This document shows, one piece after another, positions 32,126 through 43,044 of a stretch of DNA of 64,000 nucleotides. The notes beneath the pieces are model-generated. The model did not search any database. It worked only from the letters and a program-made list of their open reading frames with translations, and was not told the origin of the DNA. Within the stretch, counting starts at the first letter, position 1. Each line of letters begins with the position of its first letter. This DNA comes from Pseudomonadota bacterium (GTDB lineage Bacteria; Pseudomonadota; Alphaproteobacteria; Sphingomonadales; Sphingomonadaceae), in NCBI GenBank assembly GCA_039027675.1, contig JBCCJS010000001.1, forward strand, positions 93,168 through 157,167, read 5' to 3'. The translations under genes were made by a program, and so were the position numbers.

Positions 32126-32306
32126 TGGAAGCCTCTTTTTTTTCCAGATAGCGTGAAACAAAAAAGCAGGTCACCCATCCAAGCGACGTCCCAACTGCAA
32201 AGGGCTGGGCTTCGTTGATTCCCCAGACATAAAAGCACCAGAATAATGCGAGAGACGCGCCCAGCAGGACTAAATAAACTCCATAAATACGGGTCGTGAT
32301 ACTCAC
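32118..32306 (-). CDS. Small two-TM protein inserted between nuoD and nuoE
   Basis: 62 aa. GTGA overlap with the nuoD stop and an 8-nt overlap with the nuoE start. About 48% GC by hand count. Confidence 0.7.
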   Translation of the reverse strand: MSITTRIYGVYLVLLGASLALFWCFYVWGINEAQPFAVGTSLGWVTCFFVSRYLEKKEASNG

Positions 32307-33508
32307 CGGTCACACTCCCCGAACACCACGTCAATCGCGCCCAGAATGGCGGTTGCGTCAGGCAGCATGTGGCCTTTGCTCATCATGTCCATCGCTTGCA
32401 GGTGGCTGAAGGCCGTGGGGCGGATCTTGCAGCGATACGGTTTGTTCGTGCCGTCGCTGACGAGATAGACGCCAAACTCGCCCTTGGGGCTTTCGGTCGC
32501 GACGTAGACCTCGCCGGCGGGCACGTGGAAGCCTTCGGTGTAGAGCTTGAAGTGGTGGATCAGGCTTTCCATCGACTGCTTCATCTCACCGCGCTTGGGC
32601 GGGGAGACCTTGCCATCAGTGCTCGCAATCGGGCCTTCGGGAATGTCGCGCAGGCATTGCTTGATGATCTTGGCGCTCTCGCGGATTTCGGCGACGCGGA
32701 CCATGAAGCGGTCGTAGCAATCGGAATTGGTGCCGACAGGAACCTCGAACTCCATGCGATCATAGACGTCATAGGGCTGCGACTTGCGGATGTCCCAGGG
32801 AATGCCGGCGGCGCGGATCATCGGGCCTGAGAAGCCCCACGCCACCGCATCATCGCGGCTGACCACGGCGATATCCACATTGCGCTGCTTGAAGATGCGG
32901 TTGTCGATGACAAGGCTCATCGCATCATCGAAGAGCTGAAACAGGCGATTGTCGATCCAGTCGCCAATATCCACCAGCAGCTTTTCGGGTACATCCTGAT
33001 GCACACCGCCAGGGCGGAACCAGGCCGAGTGCATGCGCGCACCAGACGCACGCTCGAAGAAAGTGAGGCAGTCTTCGCGCAGGTCCATCATCCACAGGTT
33101 AGGCGTGAACGCACCCACATCGAGCACATGCGCGCCCATGTTAAGGAAGTGGTTGCAGATGCGGGTCAGTTCGGCGAACAGGACACGCAGATATTGCGCG
33201 CGCTCGGGAACTTCGAGATCGAGCAGTTTTTCAATGGCAAGAACGTAAGAGTGTTCCTGACACAGCGGCGAGCAGTAATCGAGGCGGTCAAAATAGGGGA
33301 GCGCCTGCAGATAGGTCTTCTGCTCGATCAGCTTTTCGGTGCCTCGGTGAAGCAGGCCGACATGCGGGTCAATCCGCTCGATCACTTCGCCGTCGAGCTC
33401 CATCACCATGCGCAAAACACCGTGAGCGGCCGGGTGCTGGGGGCCGAAATTGATCGTGTAATTGGTGATGACTTCGCCGTCAGTGGTGGGCGATTCTTCG
33501 AGTTTCAT
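32303..33508 (-). CDS. nuoD: NADH-quinone oxidoreductase subunit D
   Basis: Motifs [27 protein letters not shown] and ESPKGE. Confidence 0.98.
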   Translation of the reverse strand: MKLEESPTTDGEVITNYTINFGPQHPAAHGVLRMVMELDGEVIERIDPHVGLLHRGTEKLIEQKTYLQALPYFDRLDYCSPLCQEHSYVLAIEKLLDLEVPERAQYLRVLFAELTRICNHFLNMGAHVLDVGAFTPNLWMMDLREDCLTFFERASGARMHSAWFRPGGVHQDVPEKLLVDIGDWIDNRLFQLFDDAMSLVIDNRIFKQRNVDIAVVSRDDAVAWGFSGPMIRAAGIPWDIRKSQPYDVYDRMEFEVPVGTNSDCYDRFMVRVAEIRESAKIIKQCLRDIPEGPIASTDGKVSPPKRGEMKQSMESLIHHFKLYTEGFHVPAGEVYVATESPKGEFGVYLVSDGTNKPYRCKIRPTAFSHLQAMDMMSKGHMLPDATAILGAIDVVFGECDR

Positions 33509-34212
33509 CAGTCCTCACCCTCCTCATCAGCGATTTCGAAGGCAACGCCGTCCTTGGGCTCTTCCGGTTCGTCGTCAGCGTCAGGCTCAGGGGCGGGCTC
33601 GGTGGCCTTTTCATCGCCCGGAAGGACGTAGTCCGAGCCTTCCCAGGGTGAGAGGAAGTCAAACGTGCGCATGTCCTGCGCCAGCTCAACCGGCTCATAC
33701 ACGACGCGCTTTTCATCCTCGGAATAGCGCAGTTCTGTGTAGCCCGTCATCGGGAAGTCCTTGCGGAACGGGTGCCCTTCAAAGCCGTAGTCAGTGAGAA
33801 TGCGGCGCAAGTCCTTGTTGCCTGCAAAGGTGACGCCGAACATGTCGAACACTTCACGCTCAAGCCATCCGGCATTGGGCCACAAGGTCGTTACGGTGGG
33901 AACGGGCGTGTCCTCATCGGTCGAGAGCTTGACCATGATCCGGTGGTTCTTGGTCAGCGAAAGCAGCATGTAGACGACTTCGAAGCGCTCAGGGCGGTCC
34001 TGATAATCCGCGCCCGCGATCTCCATCAGCTGCTGGTATTCGTGCTCATCGCGCAGGGTTTGCAGCACGGTTTCAATCTGGTCACGCTTCGCAGTAAGAA
34101 TGATTTCCCCATGCTCTTCACGCGCGCCGTCGAGCCAGACGCTGACGCTCGCCATCAGCGCGTCGAGAACGCCTTCGTTCGAGGCGTATTTGGGGGCGGA
34201 GTGAGCGACCAT
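33508..34212 (-). CDS. nuoC: NADH-quinone oxidoreductase subunit C
   Basis: Motifs EREVFDMFG and [18 protein letters not shown]. Confidence 0.97.
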   Translation of the reverse strand: MVAHSAPKYASNEGVLDALMASVSVWLDGAREEHGEIILTAKRDQIETVLQTLRDEHEYQQLMEIAGADYQDRPERFEVVYMLLSLTKNHRIMVKLSTDEDTPVPTVTTLWPNAGWLEREVFDMFGVTFAGNKDLRRILTDYGFEGHPFRKDFPMTGYTELRYSEDEKRVVYEPVELAQDMRTFDFLSPWEGSDYVLPGDEKATEPAPEPDADDEPEEPKDGVAFEIADEEGED

Positions 34213-34220
34213 GACAGCGC

Positions 34221-34820
34221 CTACCGCTCAATCGTCCCGACACGGCGGATTTTGCGCTGCAATTGCATCACACCATAGAGCAGCGCCTCAGCCGTCGGAG
34301 GGCAGCCAGGAACATAAATGTCGACCGGCACAATGCGATCACAACCGCGCACAACTGAGTAGCTATAGTGGTAATAGCCACCGCCATTGGCGCAAGAACC
34401 CATGCTGATCACATATTTTGGGTCCGACATCTGGTCATAGACCTTGCGAAGCGCCGGGGCCATCTTGTTGCACAAAGTACCCGCAACGATCATCAGGTCT
34501 GACTGGCGCGGGGATGCGCGCGGGGCAGCGCCAAAGCGCTCCATGTCATAGCGCGGCATGTTCACATGGATCATCTCGACCGCGCAGCACGCAAGGCCAA
34601 AGGTCATCCACCACAAAGAGCCGGTGCGCGCCCAGTTGAACACGTCCTCGGTCGAAGTGATCAAAAAGCCCTTGTCGTTCACCTCGGTCGACAGCGCGTT
34701 GAAATAGTCCTGATCGGGCTGCTTCACCTCACCGCCCTTTGCGGTCGGCATCATCTGCGCGGCCTCAGCCGTGCTGAGCGGCGCAGTCGGAGGCGTAATG
34801 ATGGTTGAAGGCTTGTTCAT
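34221..34820 (-). CDS. nuoB: NADH-quinone oxidoreductase subunit B
   Basis: Motifs [17 protein letters not shown] and YVPGCPP. Confidence 0.98.
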   Translation of the reverse strand: MNKPSTIITPPTAPLSTAEAAQMMPTAKGGEVKQPDQDYFNALSTEVNDKGFLITSTEDVFNWARTGSLWWMTFGLACCAVEMIHVNMPRYDMERFGAAPRASPRQSDLMIVAGTLCNKMAPALRKVYDQMSDPKYVISMGSCANGGGYYHYSYSVVRGCDRIVPVDIYVPGCPPTAEALLYGVMQLQRKIRRVGTIER

Positions 34821-35203
34821 TCCCAATCCAACGCCCCTTTCTTCCACTCATAAGTGAGGCCGATGGCCAGAATGCCGAGAAAGGTCATCATACCGCCCCA
34901 GCCAATCCAGCCCGTCTCACCCAGGCTGACGGCCCAGGGAAACAGAAACGCAGCCTCAAGGTCGAAAATGATAAAACTGATCGCAACGAGATAAAAGCGA
35001 ACATCAAACTGACTGCGCGAGTCCTCAAAAGCGGGAAAGCCGCATTCGTATTCCGAGAGCTTGTCGGCATTGGGCTTGTGCGAGCCGGTCAAACGCGAAA
35101 CGCCCATGGGCAGAAACACGAAGAGCACAGAAAGGCCCAACGCGATGAAGATGAATAACAGTATCGGCAGATACTGGCTCAGGTCGATCACGACAGTGTC
35201 CAA
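34817..35203 (-). CDS. nuoA: NADH-quinone oxidoreductase subunit A
   Basis: Motifs YECGF and [14 protein letters not shown]. The start may be GTG at 35191. Confidence 0.96.
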   Translation of the reverse strand: MDTVVIDLSQYLPILLFIFIALGLSVLFVFLPMGVSRLTGSHKPNADKLSEYECGFPAFEDSRSQFDVRFYLVAISFIIFDLEAAFLFPWAVSLGETGWIGWGGMMTFLGILAIGLTYEWKKGALDWE

Positions 35204-35364
35204 GTGAAATTAATCCCACCTATCACCTAGGCTTGTCAGTGTGTCGACGCAAGAGCACGACTCGGGCGAAACAGCACATATCTGTTGCGTCAAACCGAAC
35301 ACTAGTCCGGGTACGCGTCGCCAAATCAAGCCAGGCGAAAAACGCGCGGCCTCTAGCTTAACGC

Positions 35365-36786
35365 CTATTCAGCCGGTTCAGCGCTCGGCTTTTTGCCATA
35401 TGGCGGTTTGAAGCCAGCGAGCTTCGCAACATCAACCTTGGGCTGATGATAGACGCTGCGCGCATGGCTGAACTCGCGGAATCCCTCGATTGCGTGGTAG
35501 CTGCCAATACCGGATGGACCGACACCGCCAAACGGCAGATCCTCCATCGAGACGTGGAAGATGACATCATTGGTGGTTACCCCGCCTGAAATCGTGCGGG
35601 TGAGAACGCGCTCCTGCTCGGCCTTGTCTTCGCCGAAAAAATAGAGGCCGAGCGGGCGATCATGTTCGTTCACGTAGTCAACTGCCTGATCAACCGCCTT
35701 GTAGGTCTTTACCGGCAAGACTGGGCCAAAGATCTCCTCGTTCATCACCTTCATCTCGTCGGTGACGTTCTTGACGATGTTCAAAGGCATCTTGCGCTGG
35801 TTGGCGTTAGAGAAATCCTCACCCGCCGGATTGACTTCGATAACCTCAGCGCCCTTTTCGCGCGCGTCTTCAACCAGGCCCTGGAGCCGCTCAAAGTGGC
35901 GGTCCGATACGATCGAGGCGTAATCATCATTCTCAAGCAGCGTGGGATACATGTTCGCGACCCCGTTTGAGACACCTGCGACCGCTTCGTCCTGCTTGTC
36001 TTCAGGGACATACATGTAGTCGGGCGCGAGGCAGATTTGCCCGGCATTCATCATCTTGCCTAGCGCGATCCGTTCACCCGCTTTGGCGAAATCGGCGCTG
36101 CTGCCCATTATAACCGGTGACTTGCCGCCAAGCTCCAGCGTGACGGGCGTCAAGTTCTTGGCCGCTGCTTGCATCACGAGGCGTCCTGTAGGCGTGGAGC
36201 CCGTGAAAACCAGGTGATCGAACGGCAGCGTGGAAAACGCCGCTGCGACTTCCGGGCCGCCTGTCACCACCGCCAGTTCATCACGAGCGAAATATTTCTC
36301 GACCAGTTCGGCCATCAGATCGCTGGTGCGCTCGGTAAATTCGCTGGGCTTGATCATCGCCCGGTTGCCTGCGCCAAAGACCTGCATGAGCGGCCCGAAG
36401 GCGAGGTTGACCGGGAAATTCCAGGGCGAAAGGATGCCGATGACGCCTTTGGGCTCGTAGCGGACCTCGGCCTTTGCACCGAGCAGGCCCAGGGGAAACT
36501 GCAAGGGGCGGCGCTGGGTCTTGGCCCATTTGTCCATGTTCTTGAGCGTGTGCTTGCCCGCATTCACCGTGCTGGTGATGTCGGTCATCTGTGACTGGTA
36601 CATGGAGCGACTGCCGAAATCCGCGCTCATCGCCTTGGACAAGGCCTCACCGTGGTCATTGAGCAGCGCCATGGCGCGTTTTATTCGGTCCTTGCGGATC
36701 GACATGGGCTCAGGCCGCGAAGCAGTGAACGCCTCGCGCTGCAGTTTGAGCAATTCCTCCTGCTCGTCGCGCTTGTCGTCGGCCAT
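35365..36786 (-). CDS. Aldehyde dehydrogenase (coniferyl-aldehyde dehydrogenase-like family)
   Basis: Motifs PWNFP, FTGS, LELGGKSP, GQICLAPD, EEIFGP and FGGVGPSG. Confidence 0.9.
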   Translation of the reverse strand: MADDKRDEQEELLKLQREAFTASRPEPMSIRKDRIKRAMALLNDHGEALSKAMSADFGSRSMYQSQMTDITSTVNAGKHTLKNMDKWAKTQRRPLQFPLGLLGAKAEVRYEPKGVIGILSPWNFPVNLAFGPLMQVFGAGNRAMIKPSEFTERTSDLMAELVEKYFARDELAVVTGGPEVAAAFSTLPFDHLVFTGSTPTGRLVMQAAAKNLTPVTLELGGKSPVIMGSSADFAKAGERIALGKMMNAGQICLAPDYMYVPEDKQDEAVAGVSNGVANMYPTLLENDDYASIVSDRHFERLQGLVEDAREKGAEVIEVNPAGEDFSNANQRKMPLNIVKNVTDEMKVMNEEIFGPVLPVKTYKAVDQAVDYVNEHDRPLGLYFFGEDKAEQERVLTRTISGGVTTNDVIFHVSMEDLPFGGVGPSGIGSYHAIEGFREFSHARSVYHQPKVDVAKLAGFKPPYGKKPSAEPAE

Positions 36787-36981
36787 GGTCTCTCTCCTCA
36801 AGATCGCGTTTCGATTTGCGACTGGTTGTCGCTCAAACATGCCCAGCTTGCAAGCATGGAGACAACGAGATGTCCGACCAATTGTGTACCGGCTGCCTGA
36901 TTGCCAAGCGCAGGTCCTAAATCTAAATGGGCGTGAGCGACAGATTAACCCCGCACCAGAATGAACCAAGGGATCCAAACC

Positions 36982-38178
36982 ATGAGCCAGATTTCCGCCG
37001 ACGATCCGATTGTCATCCTCTCCTATGCCCGCACCCCGATGGGCGGCATGCAGGGAGCGCTGTCTAATGTCTCTGCGACCGACCTTGGTGCAACAGCGGT
37101 CAAGGCCGCGGTGGAACGCTCGGGCATTGCCGGAGAGGCGTTTGACCGCGCCTATATGGGCTGCGTGCTGCCCGCCGGACTAGGCCAGGCACCCGCCCGT
37201 CAGGCTATGGTCAAAGCTGGCCTGCCTAAATCCGTCCAGGCGACGACTGTCAACAAGGTGTGCGGATCGGGCATGCAAACGGTGATCATGGGCGCTGAAG
37301 CGCTCGCAAGCGGCACCATCGATTACGTTGTGGCAGGCGGCATGGAGAGCATGACTAATGCGCCTTACATGCTCAAAAAGCACCGCTCGGGCGCGCGGCT
37401 TGGCCATGACAGCGTCTATGACCACATGTTCCTCGATGGCCTAGAAGACGCCTATGAGGAAGGCCGCGCCATGGGCAGCTTTGCTCAGGATACCGCCAAC
37501 GAATACCAGCTGACGCGCGAGGATATGGACGGCTACGCGATCGAGAGTCTCTCACGCGCCAATGCCGCCATCGATAGCGGTGCGTTCGCTGATGAAGTGG
37601 TCCCTGTCACCTACGCAACGCGCAAGGGCGAAGCAACCGTCGACACCGATGAACAGCCCGGCAAGGGCCGCCCGGACAAGATCCCGCAATTGCGCGCTGC
37701 CTTCGCCAAGGACGGCACGATCACGGCGGCCACATCGAGCTCGATCTCGGACGGGGCGGCGGCTGTCGTTCTCACGCGTGAAAGCGTCGCCAAGGCCAAT
37801 GGCCAGACGCCCGTCGCCAAGATCGTTGCCATGGCTGCCCATGCAAGAGAGCCCAAGGACTTTACCGTCGCCCCAGTAGGCGCGATCCAGAAGATCATCG
37901 ATGCAACCGGATGGAGCGTGGACGATGTTGATCTGTGGGAAGTGAATGAGGCCTTTGCTTGCGTTGCCATGTTCGCGATGCGCGACATCGGCATCGACCA
38001 TGCAAAGATCAACGTAAACGGCGGCGCGACGGCTCTTGGCCACCCCATCGGCGCATCGGGCACGCGCATTATGGTGACGCTGCTCAACGCGCTCAAACAG
38101 CGAGATAAGACCAGGGGCGTTGCCAGCCTGTGCATTGGCGGCGGTGAAGCCACTGCGATTGCTGTCGAAATGGTGTGA
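36982..38178 (+). CDS. Acetyl-CoA C-acyltransferase (thiolase)
   Basis: Motifs NKVCGSG, NEAF, GHPIGASG and CIGGG. Confidence 0.95.
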   Translation: MSQISADDPIVILSYARTPMGGMQGALSNVSATDLGATAVKAAVERSGIAGEAFDRAYMGCVLPAGLGQAPARQAMVKAGLPKSVQATTVNKVCGSGMQTVIMGAEALASGTIDYVVAGGMESMTNAPYMLKKHRSGARLGHDSVYDHMFLDGLEDAYEEGRAMGSFAQDTANEYQLTREDMDGYAIESLSRANAAIDSGAFADEVVPVTYATRKGEATVDTDEQPGKGRPDKIPQLRAAFAKDGTITAATSSSISDGAAAVVLTRESVAKANGQTPVAKIVAMAAHAREPKDFTVAPVGAIQKIIDATGWSVDDVDLWEVNEAFACVAMFAMRDIGIDHAKINVNGGATALGHPIGASGTRIMVTLLNALKQRDKTRGVASLCIGGGEATAIAVEMV

Positions 38179-38182
38179 TTTG

Positions 38183-38656
38183 ATGCGCGTGCTTGCCCTT
38201 GCGCTGGCGTCCTTCTTCGCGCTGACCGCGTGCGATGATGGAGGTAAGACCGGCGGCAAGGAGGGTATTCCGCCGATCCCCGCCCAGATGGGTCCAGGCC
38301 TATAAGCGGTTGGCGATGGCACTCAGCTCTATTCGCGCACTCGGCTGTCGCCGGATGGGTCCTACACCGACTTCAACGAGGCGATGGAGCCGGTCGGCAC
38401 CGGCGCGTGGCGGATAGCGGCGGACGATACGATCTGTCTCGATCCCAAAGGAGATGGCCCCGATCAGGGCGAGCGCTGTTGGCAAAACGGTCCGCCCGAA
38501 GCAGACGGGAGCTTCATGTCGTCCCGCATCGATGGGTCCGAGCGCTACCGGGTAACGCCGCTAGAGGAGTATGCGCAAAGGCGGGTTATTCCCCGCTCGT
38601 CAGCTCTTCATCGCCCCACAAACGCGCAGCCTCGACCCATCCGGTGCGGCCTGTGA
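38183..38656 (+). pseudogene. Putative lipoprotein gene interrupted by an in-frame TAA (38303-38305)
   Basis: Signal peptide with lipobox LTAC. The frame continues GPGL*AVGDGTQLYSRTRLSPDGSYTDFNEAMEPVG into the track ORF 38384-38656. Confidence 0.65.
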
Positions 38657-39086
38657 CGTCGATCTCGCACCAGGCATCTTGGCAGCGCAGCAGCCTGCCA
38701 ACCACGCCGGGCTGCGCCCGCCAGCGCAATTTGGAGGTGGCAGTCGGCTCCTCGCGCAAGGTCAAGAGCCCTTCCCCCACCACCAGTGCGGTGCGCGTAT
38801 CGGTAAGCTGGCTCCCCGCGATCCAGCCTTGCGCGCCGTCAGGGTCCTGCACAAGTCTCCAGCCCTCGCGCACGCGCACGACTTTCATCGGAAGGCCTTC
38901 GCGCTTGTAGAGCCATTCGATAGGGTATTCCTGGCTCGGCCCCACCCGCATGCGCACTTCGTCAAACTTGAGCGACACCCAATAGGGCGCTTGGCGAGTT
39001 TGCGCCTGAAGCGCGCTGGCGCTCACAGCCAGAGCGCCAAGAACGCCGGCGTGAATCGCGAAGCTGAACAGTCCCTTTGTCGTCAT
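38586..39086 (-). CDS. Bacterial SH3 domain-containing exported protein
   Basis: Signal peptide followed by two SH3b-like repeats (VRMRVGPSQEYPIEW, LTLREEP...WCEI). Confidence 0.85.
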   Translation of the reverse strand: MTTKGLFSFAIHAGVLGALAVSASALQAQTRQAPYWVSLKFDEVRMRVGPSQEYPIEWLYKREGLPMKVVRVREGWRLVQDPDGAQGWIAGSQLTDTRTALVVGEGLLTLREEPTATSKLRWRAQPGVVGRLLRCQDAWCEIDVTGRTGWVEAARLWGDEELTSGE

Positions 39087-39184
39087 TGCCGATGGTCTTA
39101 GCGAGCCTGCGCCAACCCCTTCAAGGCCTGTGTTTTTGCCTACACGCTTGACCGCCAGCCCCCCGTGCCATTAGCGCAAATCCC

Positions 39185-40201
39185 ATGGCTCCATCGCATA
39201 CGCCTCCGCAGTTTCCGTCCGGCAAGCCCAGGGTCGTGGTGACACGCCAGCTCATGCCCTCGGTCGAAGAGCGGATGAGCGAGCTTTATGACACCGTGCT
39301 CAACCCTGAAGACACGCCGATGAGCGAGGAAGCGCTTATCGAGGCGATGCAGGATTGCGACGTGCTGGTCCCCACAGTGACAGACAAAATCACCAGCGAA
39401 ATGATCGCGGCGGCAGGAGATCGCCTGGGCCTGATCGCGAGCTTTGGTGCAGGCACCGAGCATATCGACCTCAAAGCCGCGGCTCAGCGCAAGATCCTGG
39501 TGACCAACACGCCCGGCGTCTTCACCGATGACACGGCCGATATCGCGATGGCCGCCATAATCGGTGTGCCGCGCCGCATCCGAGAGGGGACGCAGCTGGT
39601 GCGCCGAGGCGAATGGACCGGCTGGGCGCCCTCAGGGCTCCTTGGGCGAAAGCTAGGTGGCAAGGTTCTGGGCATTATCGGCATGGGCCGGATCGGACAG
39701 GCCGTCGCGCACCGCGCCCGCGCCTTCGGCCTCGAAGTCGCCTACAGCAACCGCAAACGCCTGCCTGAAGCCATCGAGAGCATGCTGGGGGCGCGCTACG
39801 TTGCCGATGTCGACACGCTCGTCGCGGAGGCGGATATCCTCACTCTCCACTGCCCGCTCACGCCTGAGACGCGCGGGCTGATGGATGCGCGCCGGATCGC
39901 TTTGATGAGAACGGGTGCAAGCATCATCAACACCGCGCGCGGCGAACTGATCGATGAGGAAGCTCTGATCGAAGCGCTCCACGAAGGCCGGCTCGCAGGC
40001 GCAGGTCTCGATGTCTATCGCGATGAGCCCAATGTTGCGCGCGGGCTGTTGGATCACCCCAATGTGATGACCCTCCCCCATATCGGCAGCGCGACGGCCG
40101 AGGGGCGTGAGGCTTCAGGAGAGAAGGTGATCGCCAATATCCGCTTCTGGGCCGATGGCCACCGCCCACCCGATCAGGTGCTGACCGCGCTGATTGGCTG
40201 A
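39185..40201 (+). CDS. D-isomer-specific 2-hydroxyacid dehydrogenase (glyoxylate/glycerate reductase-like)
   Basis: Motifs GIIGMGRIG, NTARG, DVY..EP and PHIGS. Confidence 0.92.
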   Translation: MAPSHTPPQFPSGKPRVVVTRQLMPSVEERMSELYDTVLNPEDTPMSEEALIEAMQDCDVLVPTVTDKITSEMIAAAGDRLGLIASFGAGTEHIDLKAAAQRKILVTNTPGVFTDDTADIAMAAIIGVPRRIREGTQLVRRGEWTGWAPSGLLGRKLGGKVLGIIGMGRIGQAVAHRARAFGLEVAYSNRKRLPEAIESMLGARYVADVDTLVAEADILTLHCPLTPETRGLMDARRIALMRTGASIINTARGELIDEEALIEALHEGRLAGAGLDVYRDEPNVARGLLDHPNVMTLPHIGSATAEGREASGEKVIANIRFWADGHRPPDQVLTALIG

Positions 40202-40203
40202 GT

Positions 40204-40926
40204 TCAGCGGTTTTGAGCGCCGGAATGCTCTTCGAGCAGAGCTAGGATGCGGTTGATCGAAGCTCGGCTAGCCGAAAACTCAAAGTGGCGCTCGGGCACT
40301 TCAATGGCGATATCGCGCTCGTGATCCTCCCCGCGTGAGCATGCGGGCGCGATAATCCCGTCATTGGGTGACCAGATTGCAATTGTATGCGCGGGCGGCT
40401 TTTGGCTGGGATCATCGGGAAAGGGCGGATTGTCGACACCGTGATCGTTAATCGCCTCATAGACCCGCCAGGCATTGTTGGCGCGCCTGTCCCCCGAAAA
40501 CGGTGTGCCAAGCGTCATCACAAGGGCAACCTTGTCGGGGTTGCGCTGCGCCAGCACCCGCGCATAGAGCCCGCCAAGGCTGATCCCGATTAGTGTTATG
40601 GGTCGATTGTGGTTGGCATAAACCTCATCAAGCCGGGCTTGCGCTTTCGCCATCAATCGCGGCGTTACGCCGGTGACGACCCCAAGCTTTGAGCCATAGG
40701 CGTGATAGCCCCTGCGCTTGAGCGTGCGCCGCATCAGCGAGGTTGCCGGGTCTGATGAAAGAATGCCGGGCAGCACCAAAACTGGCGCTGCGTCACGCAC
40801 GGCTTTTCTCTGAGGCGCGACGAATCCGACCGGGCGCACCGGGCTCGCCCAGATCTTGGTCAGATTGGGAAGTTCGCGCAGCAGATTGCCAAATGGCGGA
40901 GGCTTTGTGTCAGTCAATCCAAACAT
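40204..40926 (-). CDS. Alpha/beta-fold hydrolase (esterase/lipase-like)
   Basis: Motifs VLVLPG, GISLGG (GxSxG), DGII and a C-terminal His. Confidence 0.85.
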   Translation of the reverse strand: MFGLTDTKPPPFGNLLRELPNLTKIWASPVRPVGFVAPQRKAVRDAAPVLVLPGILSSDPATSLMRRTLKRRGYHAYGSKLGVVTGVTPRLMAKAQARLDEVYANHNRPITLIGISLGGLYARVLAQRNPDKVALVMTLGTPFSGDRRANNAWRVYEAINDHGVDNPPFPDDPSQKPPAHTIAIWSPNDGIIAPACSRGEDHERDIAIEVPERHFEFSASRASINRILALLEEHSGAQNR

Positions 40927-40983
40927 CCTTTGAGCAGGGTCATGCCTTGCAGCATACTCAAAGGATATGAACGGCTCGCAACT

Positions 40984-41778
40984 TCAAAGGTTCTCGTGCT
41001 GCGGCATGCCAAGCACGTGGAAACCGCCATCGACGCGAATGATCTCTCCGGTTGTGTAAGCGCCCGCATCGCTAAGCAGATACACCGCAGTGCCGCCCAC
41101 TGCTTCGAGCGTAGCGTTGCTTCGCATGGGCGCGTTAGCCTCGGTGTGTTTGAAAACCTTGCGCGCGCCGCCAATTGCGCTGCCGGCGAGGGTCTTCATC
41201 GGTCCAGGGCTGATCGCATTCACTCGGATGCCCTCTGGCCCCAGATCATTGGCGAGATACCGCACCGCCGCCTCAAGCGCGGCCTTGGCAACGCCCATCA
41301 CGTTGTAGTTCGGGGTCACGCGGTTTGACCCCATATAGCTCAGAGTGATCAGCGAACCGCCATTTTCAGCCATCATCGGATGCGCGCGGCGCGCCACTTC
41401 GATGAAGCTATAGGCTGAGATATCGAGCGAGTTCTTGAAGTTATCGCGGCTGGTGTCGAGGATGCGCCCCGTCAGCTCCGACTTGTCTGAATAGGCGATC
41501 GCGTGGATCACAAAGTCAAGCTGACCCCACCGAGCTTGCAACGCCCCAAAAGCTGTATCGAGCGAAGCGTCATCGGTGACATCAACATCGAGCATCACGT
41601 CCGAGCCCACGCTCTCAGCCAGGGGTGCGAGCCGTTTTCCGAACGCCTCGCCCTGATAGGTGAAGGCAAGCTCAGCGCCCGCATCAGCGCACGCTTTGGC
41701 AATCCCCCAGGCGATCGAGCGATCATTGGCAACGCCCATCACAAGCCCGCGTTTTCCGTCCAGCACGCCCATGTCCAA
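40984..41778 (-). CDS. fabI: Enoyl-ACP reductase
   Basis: Motifs GVANDRSIAWGIA, YNVMGVAKAAL and NAISPGP. Confidence 0.96.
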   Translation of the reverse strand: MDMGVLDGKRGLVMGVANDRSIAWGIAKACADAGAELAFTYQGEAFGKRLAPLAESVGSDVMLDVDVTDDASLDTAFGALQARWGQLDFVIHAIAYSDKSELTGRILDTSRDNFKNSLDISAYSFIEVARRAHPMMAENGGSLITLSYMGSNRVTPNYNVMGVAKAALEAAVRYLANDLGPEGIRVNAISPGPMKTLAGSAIGGARKVFKHTEANAPMRSNATLEAVGGTAVYLLSDAGAYTTGEIIRVDGGFHVLGMPQHENL

Positions 41779-41786
41779 CCTTTCGC

Positions 41787-43016
41787 TTACCCCTGAAACT
41801 TCGACAAAAGCATCGATCCGTTCGTGCCGCCAAAACCGAAACTGTTGGTCATCACCGTATCGAGCCCGGCATTCTCAACCAGTTCGGTCGCGATCTCCTC
41901 AGGCTTCAATGCCGGATCGAGCGTCTCGACATTGATCGAGGGGATGATGAAATCATGCTCAAGCGCAAGCAGGCAGTAAATCGCTTCCTGCGCGCCGGTT
42001 GCGCCCTGGCTGTGCCCTGTCATCGACTTGGTTGAGCTGACGGGTGGGGTGCTACCCTCTCCGAATACGCGCCGCACCGCTTCGATCTCGCCGACATCGC
42101 CGACCGGGGTAGAGGTTCCGTGCGCGTTGATATAGCTGACCTTTCGATCCTCGCTCAGCGTTTTGAGAGCGCCACGGATCGCCCGCTCACCGCCCTCGCC
42201 CGATGGCGCGACCATGTCTGCGCCATCAGAGGTTGCGCAAAAGCCGGTCACTTCGGCGTAAATCTTGGCCCCGCGCGCCTGAGCGTGCTCAAGGCTTTCG
42301 AGCACCACCATGCCGCCGCCGCCGCCGATCACGAAGCCATCGCGGTCAGCATCAAAGGCGCGGCTCGCGCGCTCTGGTGTGTCGTTATACTTGCTCGACA
42401 TCGCGCCCATGGCGTCAAACAGGCACGAAAGCGTCCAGTCGAGCTCTTCCCCGCCGCCGCCAAACATGACGTCCTGCTGCCCCAGCGCAATCTGCTGCGC
42501 GGCCATGCCAATGCAGTGAAGCGAGGTGGAGCAGGCAGAGGTAATCGAGAAGTTCACGCCCTTGATCTGATACGCCGTCGCCAGATTGGCGCTAACGGTT
42601 GAGGACATTGTCTTGGGCACCGCAAACGGCCCAATCCGCTTGGTCGCGCCGGTTTTGAGTACGGTCTGGTGCGCCGCCAGCATCGCCGAAGTGGACGGAC
42701 CACCCGAACCCGCGATCACGCCAGTCATCGGATTGATGATGTCCCTTTCTTCAAGCCCGGCATCCGCGATCGCCTGACCCATCGCGACATAGGCGTAAGC
42801 CGCGCCCGATCCCATGAAGCGCAGGGTGCGCTTGTCGACATGCTCTGCCACATCCAGATCGACCGCTCCCGCAATCTGCGAGCGAAAGCCGTGTTCGGCC
42901 ATGTCTTCGTTGAAGGTGATGCCCGATTTTCCGGCCTTGAGCGATGCGAGGACTTCGCTGGCATCGGTGCCGATCGAGGAGACGATCCCCAGACCTGTGA
43001 TAACTACGCGGCGCAT
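41787..43016 (-). CDS. fabB: Beta-ketoacyl-ACP synthase I
   Basis: Motifs SACSTS, NAHGTST and GHSQGA, within a fabA-fabB-fabI operon. Confidence 0.95.
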   Translation of the reverse strand: MRRVVITGLGIVSSIGTDASEVLASLKAGKSGITFNEDMAEHGFRSQIAGAVDLDVAEHVDKRTLRFMGSGAAYAYVAMGQAIADAGLEERDIINPMTGVIAGSGGPSTSAMLAAHQTVLKTGATKRIGPFAVPKTMSSTVSANLATAYQIKGVNFSITSACSTSLHCIGMAAQQIALGQQDVMFGGGGEELDWTLSCLFDAMGAMSSKYNDTPERASRAFDADRDGFVIGGGGGMVVLESLEHAQARGAKIYAEVTGFCATSDGADMVAPSGEGGERAIRGALKTLSEDRKVSYINAHGTSTPVGDVGEIEAVRRVFGEGSTPPVSSTKSMTGHSQGATGAQEAIYCLLALEHDFIIPSINVETLDPALKPEEIATELVENAGLDTVMTNSFGFGGTNGSMLLSKFQG

Positions 43017-43044
43017 AATCTCTTTCTAGTTGGAAGTGGCCCGA

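Noticed and set aside
25150-32306. Integron or IS explanation for the nuo inserts
   Set aside because: No attC-like palindromes, terminal inverted repeats, integrase or transposase are visible.
35365-38178. Lignin/ferulate catabolic pathway (CalB-like dehydrogenase plus thiolase)
   Set aside because: Both families are broad, and no feruloyl-CoA ligase, hydratase or regulator is adjacent.
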